64,000 nt of DNA, from contig CAWDVP010000002.1 of NCBI GenBank assembly GCA_963805945.1, forward strand, positions 96,001 to 160,000, given 5' to 3'. This document shows, one piece after another, positions 22,718 to 34,669 of this stretch. The notes beneath the pieces are model-generated. The model was given only the letters and a program-made list of their open reading frames with translations. It made no database searches and was not told where the DNA came from. The stretch is from Vulcanimicrobiota bacterium (GTDB taxonomy: Bacteria > Vulcanimicrobiota > Vulcanimicrobiia > Eremiobacterales > Eremiobacteraceae). The position numbers and the translations under genes are program-made. Within the stretch, counting starts at the first letter, position 1. Every line of letters starts with the position of its first letter.

Positions 22718-24316
22718 ATGGCCCGCGCCGAACTGACCGGCCTGCTGCGCCGGATCCACGCCGCCTATCGTGAGGCGCAGGCGGCGGGTCTGCCGGTGGA
22801 CGTGGTGTTCGAACGCGATGCGCAGCGCCTCTCGCGGCGGCGCTTCTTGCGCCAGGCCGCTGGAGCCGGCGCTGCGCTCGCCGCCGGCGCTGTGTGGCCG
22901 CTGCGGGCGGCCGACAAGACCTCACCGCGCATCGCGATCGTCGGCGGCGGACTCGCCGGCGTGGTCTGCGCATACCGGCTCATGCAGGCGGGGTTGCCGA
23001 GCACCATCTACGAGGCGGGCGGCGGGCTCGGCGGCCGCACCTGGACGCTGCGCGGTTTCTTCGACGAGGGGCAGATCGCCGAGAACGGCGGCGAGTTCAT
23101 CTCGAGCGAGCACGTCGCGACGCGCGCGCTCGCGCGCGAGCTCGATCTTCCACTCGACGACCTCCGCGCGTGGGACAAACAGGCGCATCCCGGCGCCGAA
23201 GACGTCTACTACATGCACGGCCAGCGTTACCCGATCGCGGAGATGCTGCGCGATTACGCATCGGTCTATCCGGCGTTGGAAAAGGCGAACGCGGCCGCCG
23301 GCACCACGACCTATGACCACCACACGCCGGCGGGCTTCGCGCTCGATCATATGTCGGCGCGGGAGTGGATCGTGCGCAACGTGCCGGGCGGCATCCAGTC
23401 GAAGATCGGCTGGCTGCTCGACATCGATACGACGACCGAGAACGGCGGCGACTCCACCCAGCAGAACGCGCTGACGCTCACCAACATGCTCGTCTTCATG
23501 CCGGACTACTACAAGACCAGCCAGTTCTATCTGGTGGGGACGGACGAACGCTATCGCGTGCACGGGGGCAACGATCAGATCGTCGGCCGCATGGCGGCGA
23601 AGCTGCCGCCGAGCGCGCAGCTCGACACGCGCCTGCAGGCGCTGAGCCGCCGCAGCGACGGTTCGTATGCATGCACGTTTTCGGCGCAGCAGCACACATT
23701 TGAGGTGGTCGCCGATCACGTCGTGCTCGCGCTGCCGTTCAAGACGCTGCGTGACTGCGAATTGTCTCAGGCCGGATTCTCCTCTGTGAAGATGAAGGCC
23801 ATCACGGAGCTGCCGATGGGCACGAACACGAAGATGCACGTGCAGCTCAAGCAGCGCGTCTGGTTCGCGCACAGCTCGAACGGCGCGACGTACAGCGACA
23901 CCGGCTACCAGCAGACCTGGGAGGACACGCGCGATCAGCCGGGGACCGCCGGCGTGCTCGTGAACTACACAGGCGGCATCGTCGGCGCGTCATGGAACAC
24001 GCCGTCGTTTGCGCCGGCGCCGCCGGCCTTGGTCCACGCGTTTCTGTCGCAGCTCGAAGCGCTGTATCCCGGCGTCGGCGCACAGTGGAACGGCAAAGCG
24101 TTCGTCGACAACTGGACGAAAGACCGCTGGCACCGCGGTTCGTACTCGTATTGGGGCCTCGGGAACTGCACTTCGTTCGTCGGCATCGAACAGGTACCGC
24201 AGGGCAACGTGCACTTCTGCGGCGAGCACACCTCGCGCGATTTCCAAGGCTTCATGAACGGCGCGGTGGAGACGGGCGAGCAGGCAGCGCGGGAGATCAT
24301 CCACGATGCCGTTTGA
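22718..24316 (+). CDS. Tat-exported flavin monoamine oxidase family protein
   Basis: SRRRFLR twin-arginine motif plus hydrophobic helix; GGGLAG, EA..GLGGR, FCGEHT and GFMNGAVETG motifs. Confidence 0.88.
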   Translation: MARAELTGLLRRIHAAYREAQAAGLPVDVVFERDAQRLSRRRFLRQAAGAGAALAAGAVWPLRAADKTSPRIAIVGGGLAGVVCAYRLMQAGLPSTIYEAGGGLGGRTWTLRGFFDEGQIAENGGEFISSEHVATRALARELDLPLDDLRAWDKQAHPGAEDVYYMHGQRYPIAEMLRDYASVYPALEKANAAAGTTTYDHHTPAGFALDHMSAREWIVRNVPGGIQSKIGWLLDIDTTTENGGDSTQQNALTLTNMLVFMPDYYKTSQFYLVGTDERYRVHGGNDQIVGRMAAKLPPSAQLDTRLQALSRRSDGSYACTFSAQQHTFEVVADHVVLALPFKTLRDCELSQAGFSSVKMKAITELPMGTNTKMHVQLKQRVWFAHSSNGATYSDTGYQQTWEDTRDQPGTAGVLVNYTGGIVGASWNTPSFAPAPPALVHAFLSQLEALYPGVGAQWNGKAFVDNWTKDRWHRGSYSYWGLGNCTSFVGIEQVPQGNVHFCGEHTSRDFQGFMNGAVETGEQAAREIIHDAV

Positions 24317-25724
24317 GATGCCGGCGCTCTCGACCGGGTCGGGGCTGCGCCGCAACTATCTCGGCTTCTGGCATATCGCGGCGCAGTCGGTGGCGAACAT
24401 CGCGCCGTCTGCGACGCCCGCGCTCGTCGTCGCGCTCATCTTCGGCCTCACCGGCAACGGCTCGTGGCTCGCCTATGCGATCGCGACGCTCACGCTGCTG
24501 CTCGTCGCGCTCAACGTGAACCAGTTCGCGCGGCGTTCGGCTTCGCCGGGCTCGCTCTACACGTTCGTGGCGCAAGGGCTCGGCCCGATGTGGGGCGTCA
24601 TCTCGGGCTGGTCGATGGTGATCGCGTATCTCATCATCGGTGGATCCGTGCTGGCCGGGCTCGCGAACTACGCCACGGTGATCGCCCACGCGGTGATCGG
24701 CCCGAACTTCGACGCGTCGCTCACCATCGTCATGATGACGCTGGCGGCGGTCGCGGCATGGTACGTCGCGTACCGCGACGTCAAGCTTTCGACGCAGTTC
24801 ATGCTCGCCATCGAGTTCCTGTCGATCACGCTAATCATGCTGCTCGCGTTCATCTATCTGGTGAAACGCGGCACGCTTATGGACCCGGAGCAGCTCACGC
24901 TCTCAGGCGTCACGGCGGGCAGCTTGGGCAAAGCGCTGGTGCTCGCGATCTTCAGCTATGTCGGCTTCGAGAGCGCGACCGCGCTCGGGCATGAGGCCAA
25001 ATACCCGCTGCACTCGATCCCCCGTTCGGTGCTGTTCACCGTCATCGCTGTCGGCGCGTACTTCGTCTTCACGTCGTACATCCTGGTGATGGCGTTTCAC
25101 GGGCAGACGCCGCCGCTCGACCAGTCCAACGCGCCCTTGAGCGTGCTGGCCGGCCTCGCGGGCATCCCGTTCTTCGGATTGCTCATCGCGATCGGCGTCG
25201 CCATTGGCTTCTTCGCCTGCGCGCTCGCCTGCATCACCGCCGGTTCGCGCGTGCTCTTCGCCATGTCGCGGCACGGGCTGCTGCACTCGGCGATGGCCGA
25301 CGCCCACGAGACCCACGCGACGCCGCACATCGCGGTTACCATCGCCGCCATCGTCGTGCTCGCCGCGCCGCTGGCGCTCTTCGGGGCGCACTTCGCGCTG
25401 CTCGACATCTTCGGCGATCTGGGCACGCTCGGCACGCTGAGCGTCCTGTTCTCCTACGTGCTGGTGAGCGTCGCTGCGCCCGTCTATCTGAAGAAGCGCG
25501 GCGAGCTGACGGCCTACGCCGTCGTGATCGCCGCACTTGCGGTCGTCGCGATGGTCGTCGCCATCATCGGCAACGTCTACCCGGTGCCGCCGCCGCCGCA
25601 GAACCTCATCCCCTATGTGTTCATCGTGCTGCTCGGGATCGGCGTCGCGCGCTTCCTCTATCTGCGGGCGCGCCGCCCTGCCATGATCGAAGAGATCGAG
25701 GCCGACCTACTCGCGGAGGGCTGA
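24306..25724 (+). CDS. APC-family amino acid/amine permease
   Basis: QSVANIAPS, SPGSLYTF, SYVGFESA; about 12 TM. Confidence 0.9.
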   Translation: MPFEMPALSTGSGLRRNYLGFWHIAAQSVANIAPSATPALVVALIFGLTGNGSWLAYAIATLTLLLVALNVNQFARRSASPGSLYTFVAQGLGPMWGVISGWSMVIAYLIIGGSVLAGLANYATVIAHAVIGPNFDASLTIVMMTLAAVAAWYVAYRDVKLSTQFMLAIEFLSITLIMLLAFIYLVKRGTLMDPEQLTLSGVTAGSLGKALVLAIFSYVGFESATALGHEAKYPLHSIPRSVLFTVIAVGAYFVFTSYILVMAFHGQTPPLDQSNAPLSVLAGLAGIPFFGLLIAIGVAIGFFACALACITAGSRVLFAMSRHGLLHSAMADAHETHATPHIAVTIAAIVVLAAPLALFGAHFALLDIFGDLGTLGTLSVLFSYVLVSVAAPVYLKKRGELTAYAVVIAALAVVAMVVAIIGNVYPVPPPPQNLIPYVFIVLLGIGVARFLYLRARRPAMIEEIEADLLAEG

Positions 25725-25970
25725 TTGCTGCCGCTCGAAGTACTGAACACGATCGCGACTTGTGAATTCCGCAACATGATCCGCCAAGGTCTTACCGATC
25801 GGGCGCTCTTCATCGAGCAGTTCGGCATTCATGGGCGAGGCGTAGTTTCGAGTCCCTTACAATGAGGGGTCACAGGTTCGAGTGCATCGACGATCCTCAG
25901 AGCAACATGCTAGGCGAGAAACAAAAGTTCCACATGGTTGGGGCGTGGAGCTCTTGTTAGTGTTGGACGC

Positions 25971-27098
25971 TCATGGGAGGCCGAAGGCCTTCGTATACGA
26001 CACCAATTTGTCGTGACGGAAAGTTACGGTGAACGCATCCATTAGAGCATCCTTATAATGCCAGGTCGTCTGATGATCTAGTATCGCCTTTTCGGCAAAT
26101 TCATTAGGGTATCCAAGTCGCCATGCCACTTCGTCACGTGACATCCCGAGCGTGATGCGTCCGTATCCGACATTGTTCGGCATCGGAGGTGGCGACCCGG
26201 TACTAATCGTCCCGTCGATTTGCCAATCTGCAAGCTGGATCGATGGGCAGGGCCTCATGCCCCCCTCAATACTTGACCCGCCCTCGCTAGCTGCGCCGAC
26301 CGAAGGCAAGTCGACAATGAACCGCACCGGGTCATTTGCGAAAAAATGCGGTGCTGCATCATTTCCCCAATGCGTTGTCGCTCCGGTCCACAACTCTGCC
26401 ACCCGTTCTCGATCGCGTTCGACCGCCCTCACTCGGACCGGCGTCGTAGCGTAATAGGCCTTGAACCGTGCCGGCGCGCACTCGATCGAAATGCCGCCAT
26501 ACCCAAAGACGCTTTTACCAACGAAACGGCTTCGGAGACTGGCTATTGCCGCATCGTTGTTGCTCTCATCTGGCCACCATATCAGAATCGTCTTAAGCAC
26601 TTCTTGATTACCTAACTCCAACGCCCCCCCGTCTTCGGTCCTGCCGAAGTCTTTGGCAGCGTGTAATTGCACGTCATACATGCCCGGCGGGCCAGGAGGC
26701 CGGGGGAAAGTGACTTCCATCCGAAACTCCTTGGGGCGCTGATCCGGGGGCGCTCCCAAACCTATCAGAGGTACCATCTCAGGAGTCGAGATCGTAGCGA
26801 CGAGCGGATGGGCTCGGGATCCTGGTTTATCGTGTGGGAAAGCTGTGAAAGAGAGCCTTGTTGGGTTAATGGAATAGTTCTTGCCCACGCTGGAGGCGTG
26901 TAGTTCCAGCCCGCCAGCCCCGGTCCTGAAGTCGATTGTTACGTCTTGTGTGGCTGGGGCACTCGTTTGCGCTTGAACGGTTTGGAGATTGGAAGTCGCA
27001 ACGACGCTGGGCCGCGCCCCACACGCCAGAACGGCCAGCAAGAAAACACCCCCAACGCAGACCAATACCATCGCGCCGTATCTCTTACCTTCGGACAT
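25971..27098 (-). CDS. Putative lipoprotein with SmpA/OmlA-like C-terminal motif
   Basis: Lipobox-like VLAC; LGMSRDEVAWRLGYP...WHY...VTF..DKL. Confidence 0.6.
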   Translation of the reverse strand: MSEGKRYGAMVLVCVGGVFLLAVLACGARPSVVATSNLQTVQAQTSAPATQDVTIDFRTGAGGLELHASSVGKNYSINPTRLSFTAFPHDKPGSRAHPLVATISTPEMVPLIGLGAPPDQRPKEFRMEVTFPRPPGPPGMYDVQLHAAKDFGRTEDGGALELGNQEVLKTILIWWPDESNNDAAIASLRSRFVGKSVFGYGGISIECAPARFKAYYATTPVRVRAVERDRERVAELWTGATTHWGNDAAPHFFANDPVRFIVDLPSVGAASEGGSSIEGGMRPCPSIQLADWQIDGTISTGSPPPMPNNVGYGRITLGMSRDEVAWRLGYPNEFAEKAILDHQTTWHYKDALMDAFTVTFRHDKLVSYTKAFGLP

Positions 27099-27132
27099 TG
27101 CCGTCTACTTGTAGACCAAACGACCCGTAGTC

Positions 27133-28758
27133 CTAGGGAAGATTTGGGTCGTTGAACTGTATCTTGGGCTCGTAGGGACTCCACACGTCGCTCGTCACCG
27201 TTTGGGGATCCTTACACAGAGGTGTTGGTGGCCCCCACGTTATGGTGTGCGTTGCGGACCCAGTCCACCTGGGGTAGGTTTGTTTGTAGACTCGATACGA
27301 TTTTACGTCGCTCCATGTAAACGTCCGATAAGTCTCTGGTCTACCGTGTAGGAGACATTTGCCAGTCGTGTCCTTGTACGTGTAGTCTGCGCAGTACCCG
27401 AGAGCATCCAAGGTGCATGGCAGCGGTGGGATGGGTTCCGCAAAGGCGCCAGCTTTGAGGGCTGCCGACGTGGATACCATGTCGATTCCATCCCAGGATT
27501 CATAGGGACCCAATCCCGGAATACCACTGATATAAGACGCCACGCAACACCCAGATGGGTAGGGCTGCGGACCGCCATAGTTCGTCGAAGGGTCGATCGG
27601 ATAATGCCCCGTGCAGAGGGTGGTCCCCGGAACGCAATCGGTTTCCCAATGGCCGTAAGCCGTTTGCATCCAATGGATCGCCGTGCCACCAGATGGGTTA
27701 ACTCCAAAATACGAGCCGTCGAGGTTGTAGCCTACGACATACTGCTCCGAAGACTGAGCAAGCGTGGTTACTCGACTTATCGAGCAGTTGGTACATGGAG
27801 TGTTCTCTCCCATGCCGGCGTCGTAACCTGGAGTAGAGCCGAACGGCGACGGATAAAACATCCAAGCCGCATTTTGAGGCGTAAATATCTGGCCCGCGCA
27901 GAATTGGTACTCGGGCACGCATGAGGGCGGAACAATGCCGATCTCCGTGAATGTCATCAGGCTATCCCAGGTTATGCCGGAAACGATTACCATGTCCGTG
28001 CCACAACTATAGTAGACGTTGGAGTTTGTCAAATGAGAGGTCAGGTTTCCGCCAGGACTCTGCGCTGCGTATGGTTGAATCGTCCCACTTGCGTTGAACT
28101 GCAACCCACCTTCGAACAAGGCCTGCGATCCACTGTTATTGACGCTGTTATTCGTTATCTCCATGTATAGATTGCCCTGATCGCCAGACGCAAAGTAGTA
28201 GCTTCCGCACTGTACGTTGACGAATGAGAAACCTGCGGTTGCTGCGCATTGTGATACCTGTCGGACGTAGGGTCCCCCCGTTCCTGGATCGGGCGGCGAG
28301 CAGGCGCTAGAGTAGTTTTGTGGCCTAATAGTAGCGGGCCGCCCAACACTTAATGGCTGCCGTCCACCAATCACTGGTACTGGTCGCGAAATGTCGTTCG
28401 GCGGCGTTTCCGCCGTCAGATGCATGTATCGCAGGATTGCCGGATTATTACTGAGCAGCCGGCCCGACGGAAACACATACACAAAATCGCCTCGTTGATT
28501 CGCGGGCATATATCCCATTATCTGGCGCGCCAGTTCCCGGTCGGCTCCCATGACGCCCGGGCCTATGTACGCGTCATAGTCGGAAGGGCTTAGCGCCATC
28601 CCCCGAGCGGCTGCAAAGACGTCGGGTATTTCGCGGCGAGAACCGCTTGCCTGGATGCCCCCAGAGGGCAGAGCGCCACCTGCGTGGCTGCAAGCAGACA
28701 ACGCGACAACTAGGAAAAAAGACTGCGTAAGAATCGCTAAACGCTTCATACGGTCCAT
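27133..28758 (-). CDS. Cys-rich putative lipoprotein of unknown function
   Basis: Lipobox LSAC; 541-aa ORF with many Cys/Gly/Tyr; atypical codon usage. Confidence 0.7.
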   Translation of the reverse strand: MDRMKRLAILTQSFFLVVALSACSHAGGALPSGGIQASGSRREIPDVFAAARGMALSPSDYDAYIGPGVMGADRELARQIMGYMPANQRGDFVYVFPSGRLLSNNPAILRYMHLTAETPPNDISRPVPVIGGRQPLSVGRPATIRPQNYSSACSPPDPGTGGPYVRQVSQCAATAGFSFVNVQCGSYYFASGDQGNLYMEITNNSVNNSGSQALFEGGLQFNASGTIQPYAAQSPGGNLTSHLTNSNVYYSCGTDMVIVSGITWDSLMTFTEIGIVPPSCVPEYQFCAGQIFTPQNAAWMFYPSPFGSTPGYDAGMGENTPCTNCSISRVTTLAQSSEQYVVGYNLDGSYFGVNPSGGTAIHWMQTAYGHWETDCVPGTTLCTGHYPIDPSTNYGGPQPYPSGCCVASYISGIPGLGPYESWDGIDMVSTSAALKAGAFAEPIPPLPCTLDALGYCADYTYKDTTGKCLLHGRPETYRTFTWSDVKSYRVYKQTYPRWTGSATHTITWGPPTPLCKDPQTVTSDVWSPYEPKIQFNDPNLP

Positions 28759-28996
28759 CCCTCGGCGACATCGGTGTCAACGTCTGGTAAGCTGGTCATG
28801 CGAGGCGTTCGTTTCACGTACCCCAGGCCCTCCCAGCTTTGGTCTGAGCGGACGACGCGTCCCATCCGCCCCGTGCATAAGGCCGAACAGTGTCCGAACC
28901 TGTGACCGCGATGATGGCGCTCAATCTTCTGTGGCGCGCCGATCGGTACCGCTAACCATTTCCATATCAGAGACATTAGACGATGCCGTATGGGTT

Positions 28997-29069
28997 TGGG
29001 CGGAGAGGGGCTCGAACCCCCGGCCCCCTCCTTGTAAGGGAGATGCTCTACCAGCTGAGCTACCCGCCC
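28997..29069 (-). tRNA. tRNA-Val(TAC)
   Basis: GGGCGGGTAGCTCAGCTGGTAGAGC...CTTACAA...GGTTCGAGCC...CCGCCCA cloverleaf; CCA not encoded. Confidence 0.96.
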
Positions 29070-29116
29070 GCGGCGCGCTTGCGATCAAGCGCGCTGTATC
29101 TTCTGCCAGCCCGCGG

Positions 29117-30049
29117 TCAGGGCGTCGTCGACACCCAGAACCGGTTGCTCCCGTAACACGCCGAACCTTGGCAGACGTTGCCGGCGGTCACGAAGAGCGT
29201 GCCCTCATACGTGACCGCGCTCGCATTCGGCCGCACCGTGGGTAGCGCCATGCGCTGCGACCAGGTCCCTGACGCGATATCAAACGCCTCGACCGCGGAA
29301 TACATGACGCGATTGGTGCTTCCGCCGAGAATATAGATCTTGCCGTTGAGCAGCCCCGCGCCCGCCAGCATCCGCGGCGTAGGCAGTTTCGCCAGCTCCT
29401 GCCAGGTGTTGGTCGCAGGATTGTACGCCTCGTTCTTCCCGGAAGGATTCATCTTGTTCGAGTTCCATCCGCCGATCGCGTAGATCATGCCCCCGGTAGG
29501 ATCCGCGACAAATGCAAGGCTGCCGCGCGACGTCGGCATGGCGGCGGCCGAGTGCCAGGCGTTCGTCGCGGGGTCAAGCACTTCCAAGTCATTGAGATCG
29601 ACGAGCGTCGCGCCTTGATATCCCCTGCCGCCCACGAGATAGATCTTGCCGTTGAGCACTGCAGCGCCGCCGAACTGGCGAGGCGACGGCAGCGACGGGC
29701 CGGCCGACCACGTGCCTGCGGTCGTGTCGTAGATCGAGACGTCGCCGGTGGTCTTCGGGCCGGATGTGCCGCCGATGACGTACAGCTTGGTGCCGAGCGC
29801 GACGATCGGCCCGAACTGGTTGTTGGGGATGACCTTGCCGTCGGACCACGTGTTGTTCGATATGTCATAGATGTGCAGCTTATAGGGGTCGCCGATCAGA
29901 TAGATCTTGTGCCCGACCCTGGCCGCGCTCATCGCATAGCGGGTCCAGCTCATAGTCGAGGTCTCTTGCCAGCCGGAGGCGGCCAGCGCCGGTGCGGCGA
30001 TCTGCGCGAGCATGGCGGCGGCGAACAACGTGGTGGCGAGCTTTCTCAT
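29117..30049 (-). CDS. Secreted Kelch-repeat beta-propeller protein
   Basis: GGAGG RBS, ALA signal site, about six KIYxxGG...YD...TW...LPxPR repeats. Confidence 0.9.
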   Translation of the reverse strand: MRKLATTLFAAAMLAQIAAPALAASGWQETSTMSWTRYAMSAARVGHKIYLIGDPYKLHIYDISNNTWSDGKVIPNNQFGPIVALGTKLYVIGGTSGPKTTGDVSIYDTTAGTWSAGPSLPSPRQFGGAAVLNGKIYLVGGRGYQGATLVDLNDLEVLDPATNAWHSAAAMPTSRGSLAFVADPTGGMIYAIGGWNSNKMNPSGKNEAYNPATNTWQELAKLPTPRMLAGAGLLNGKIYILGGSTNRVMYSAVEAFDIASGTWSQRMALPTVRPNASAVTYEGTLFVTAGNVCQGSACYGSNRFWVSTTP

Positions 30050-30139
30050 GACTACCTCCAAGAGATGCGAGGCTCCGGACGTCCACCGGAGTTCGACGCG
30101 TGTGCTTCTTATGGAAACGCGGCAACCCCTTGATGCGAA

Positions 30140-30170
30140 GACCGCGCAGCTGCGTTGCAGCCGCGCGGTC
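30140..30170 (-). terminator. GC-rich hairpin just 3' of the displaced tRNA-Glu fragment
   Basis: GACCGCGC.GCTGC-loop-GCAGC.GCGCGGTC inverted repeat; weak U-tract. Confidence 0.45.
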
Positions 30171-30175
30171 TGTGG

Positions 30176-30222
30176 TGGTACCCTTCAGGGATTTCGAATC
30201 CCTGTCGCCACCTTAAAAGGGC
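30176..30222 (-). repeat. Degenerate copy of tRNA-Glu 3' half with CCA (att-like)
   Basis: 30179-30222 matches 30981-31024 at 38/44 positions in direct orientation. Confidence 0.85.
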
Positions 30223-30285
30223 TCGGCGGCCTTGTGGTTAGGACGTTCCAGCGGCCCAAGGTGGGGTTTGGGTAAGTTCCATGAT

Positions 30286-30816
30286 TCATAAAGGCAGCCA
30301 CGAGCAGACGGGCTCGGTTACGCGAGTAAGAAACATGGTCCAATCCCAGAGTCCCCCGCCCCGCCTCATCAACACCCCCATTGACCGCCAACCCGATCTC
30401 GGATTTGATTCGTCTATAATCGCAATTTCTTTTATTTCTAGAGCCGACATCTTCATAAAATGTGCGCGGTGCGCATCCAACGGGATACGGAGGTCGTCAA
30501 AATATGCGATAACACCTCCATACACGTCTAGGACATTGCGGGGCGGCTGCCCGGGAATGTAAGATGCAAAACTGAAATGATCGCCCAGCGTGTCACTTTG
30601 TAGTGGAATGCTAGCGACAACATGTCCAATCACGTCGCTTCTCACAAACTTGTGGCCGCAGTACGAGGCAACCCTAGTCGGCTGCGGCGTCGCTCGCCGC
30701 AACGGGTAGTAGTCGGCTATGCCCATCAAGAAGTGCACCAGAAATGCCGTAAGCAATATGATCGCGACTACGGCGAAAAGGCCAAGAATCCGGATGTTGG
30801 CCTTCATCCATGCCAT
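30286..30816 (-). CDS. Membrane-anchored hypothetical protein in tRNA-Glu islet
   Basis: N-terminal TM ILGLFAVVAIILLTAFLV; AT-richer sequence. Confidence 0.6.
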   Translation of the reverse strand: MAWMKANIRILGLFAVVAIILLTAFLVHFLMGIADYYPLRRATPQPTRVASYCGHKFVRSDVIGHVVASIPLQSDTLGDHFSFASYIPGQPPRNVLDVYGGVIAYFDDLRIPLDAHRAHFMKMSALEIKEIAIIDESNPRSGWRSMGVLMRRGGGLWDWTMFLTRVTEPVCSWLPL

Positions 30817-30980
30817 TGGATAGCATTCCCTCGCGATTGGGTAAGAGTCTCTCCCGACTTTCGCCCCACCGACCCCACCTCTTTCGCGGTCAATGAGCCT
30901 CAAAGGCGGACAATGGCGGACAGAAAAAAGCTGGGGCCGGGCGTCAGTGAAAACGCGCCGACCCTTTTGCGGCAAGGTTT

Positions 30981-31053
30981 TACCCCCAAGGGAATTCGAA
31001 TCCCTGTCGCCGCCTTGAAAGGGCGGTGTCCTAGGCCTCTAGACGATGGGGGC
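30981..31053 (-). tRNA. tRNA-Glu(TTC)
   Basis: GCCCCCATCGTCTAGAGGCCTAGGAC...CTTTCAA...GATTCGAATTCCCTTGGGGGTA. Confidence 0.96.
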
Positions 31054-31069
31054 ACGATCCGCGATGCAT

Positions 31070-31143
31070 TGGGCCCGGCAGGACTTGAACCTGCGACCAA
31101 CCGGTTATGAGCCGGCCGCTCTGACCAACTGAGCTACAGGCCC
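31070..31143 (-). tRNA. tRNA with CAT anticodon, probably tRNA-Ile2 (lysidine), otherwise elongator Met
   Basis: GGGCCTGTAGCTCAGTTGGTCAGAGC...CTCATAA...GGTTCAAGTCC...GGGCCCA; G1-C72 paired so not initiator. Confidence 0.92.
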
Positions 31144-31167
31144 AAGGGTCGCCCGCCGCACCCCCAT

Positions 31168-31197
31168 AGTATATAGAAGAGGCGCGCGCACAGTCAA
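31168..31197 (-). promoter_or_regulatory. Sigma70-type promoter of the tRNA operon
   Basis: TTGACT-N18-TATACT upstream of the CAT tRNA. Confidence 0.7.
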
Positions 31198-32783
31198 CCG
31201 CCAGACGGACATCGCGCGCATTATTATGTGAAGGTCGGCCGCCACGTCGAGCGCGAACGCGGCCTTCCGATATGAGCGCGGCGAAAGCGACGGTCGCAGA
31301 GCACCACGAACTGCGCCGCGCCGTCTCCATTTGGGGATCGTACTCGTGGGGCTACGCCGACGTCGGCGCCGACATCTACGTCGCGCTCGGCTTGGTCGTC
31401 GGCGCCGCGATGGGCGCCGCCAACATCGCGTTCGCCTTCGCCGGGCTCATCTACGTCGCCATCGGGCTCGCGTACACCGAGCTCGCCTCCGCCTATCCCG
31501 TCGCCGGCGGCGGCCAGTTCTTCGTCACGCGCGCGCTCGGCGATTTCATGGGCTTCGTCGCCGGCTGGGCGGTGCTGCTCGACTTCACCATCGACATCAG
31601 CCTGTTCGCCTGGTTCACCATCGGCTACCTGAGCGTGGTGATCCCGTGGCTGTCCTCGCATCACGGCTGGTACTTCGTATGCGTGCTCGCGGTGACGATC
31701 TTCCTCACCGTGCTCAACGTCATCGGGGTGCGGCAATCGTCGCGCATCAACGAGGTGATCGCCGGCGTCGACGTCGTCAACGAGACGCTCATCCTCATGG
31801 CCGGCTTCGCGTTCGCGTGGCATCCGGCCATCCTCATCCATGCGATGCAGTTCCATTGGCCGACCACCGGCAATCTGCTGCTCGGCGCATCGCTCGCGAT
31901 CATCTCGTTCGTCGGTCTCGAGAGCATCTCGCAGGCGGCCGAGGAGACGTACCGGCCGTCCAGCGTCGTGCCGCGGACCTCCATCGCGCTCATCCTCACC
32001 ATCCTCATCTTCGCGATCGCGTATTCGAACCTCGTGCTCGGCATGGCGGACGTGCATACGGCGCAAGGGCGCCACGCCGATGTACGCGTTTCTCGGCAAC
32101 ACCGTCAACAACGACAAGGCGGTCGCGGTGCTGGCGGGCTTCATCCCGATCCTCGGCACGATCTTCACGCTCTACGTGCCGCTGCTCGGCGCGTTCCTGC
32201 TCATGATATCGAGCAACTCAGGCGTGTACGGCGCGTCGCGCATCGCCTATTCGATGGGCAACCTCGGGCTGCTGCCCTCGATCTTCCAAGTCACCCATCC
32301 CAAGATGCGCACGCCCGTCTTCTCGATCGTCGTCTTCTCAGTCCGTCGCGATCGTGGAACTGGTCGCGCCTTCTTGCAGGGCGACCAAGCGCTCAACTTC
32401 TTGGCCGACCTCTACGCCTTCGGCGCCGCGCTGTCATACACGCTGGTCTTCGTCGCGCTCATCACGTTGCGGTTCACCGACCGGGCGGCGCCGCGGCCGT
32501 ACAAGAGTCCGGGCAACGTGCCGCTCACGGTCAACGGCCACAAGGGGACGCTCTCGATCGTCTCCGTGTTCGGCCTGTTCGGCATCTTCGCGATCCTGAT
32601 ATTCACGCTGCTCACGCACCCGGTCGGCCGCATCGCCGGACCGTCATGGGTGATCTTCGGCATCTTGGTGTACGCGCTGTACCGCAAACACGCCGGTCGG
32701 CCGATCTTCGGCAGCACCGACCACGAGTGGCCGAAACGCCAGAAGCAGATCCTCGCGAAGGCGGGCGAGCTGGAGATGCTCGA

Positions 32784-34551
<1,768 letters not shown>

Positions 34552-34669
34552 TGCGTATCTCCACAAAGTTGCACGGCCGGCACGTTCCCGCACCAGCCGC
34601 ACTTCTGCTGTTCAAGAAGGTTTGCCCCGGCCGGGGGTTTGTCCTCGGCGTCTGCGAACGTGAGGCCGT

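Noticed and set aside
28883..28899. GTTC-N7-GTTC direct repeat resembling the alphaproteobacterial LexA box
   Set aside because: Single short match upstream of a lipoprotein, none seen before uvrA, and the lineage does not look alphaproteobacterial
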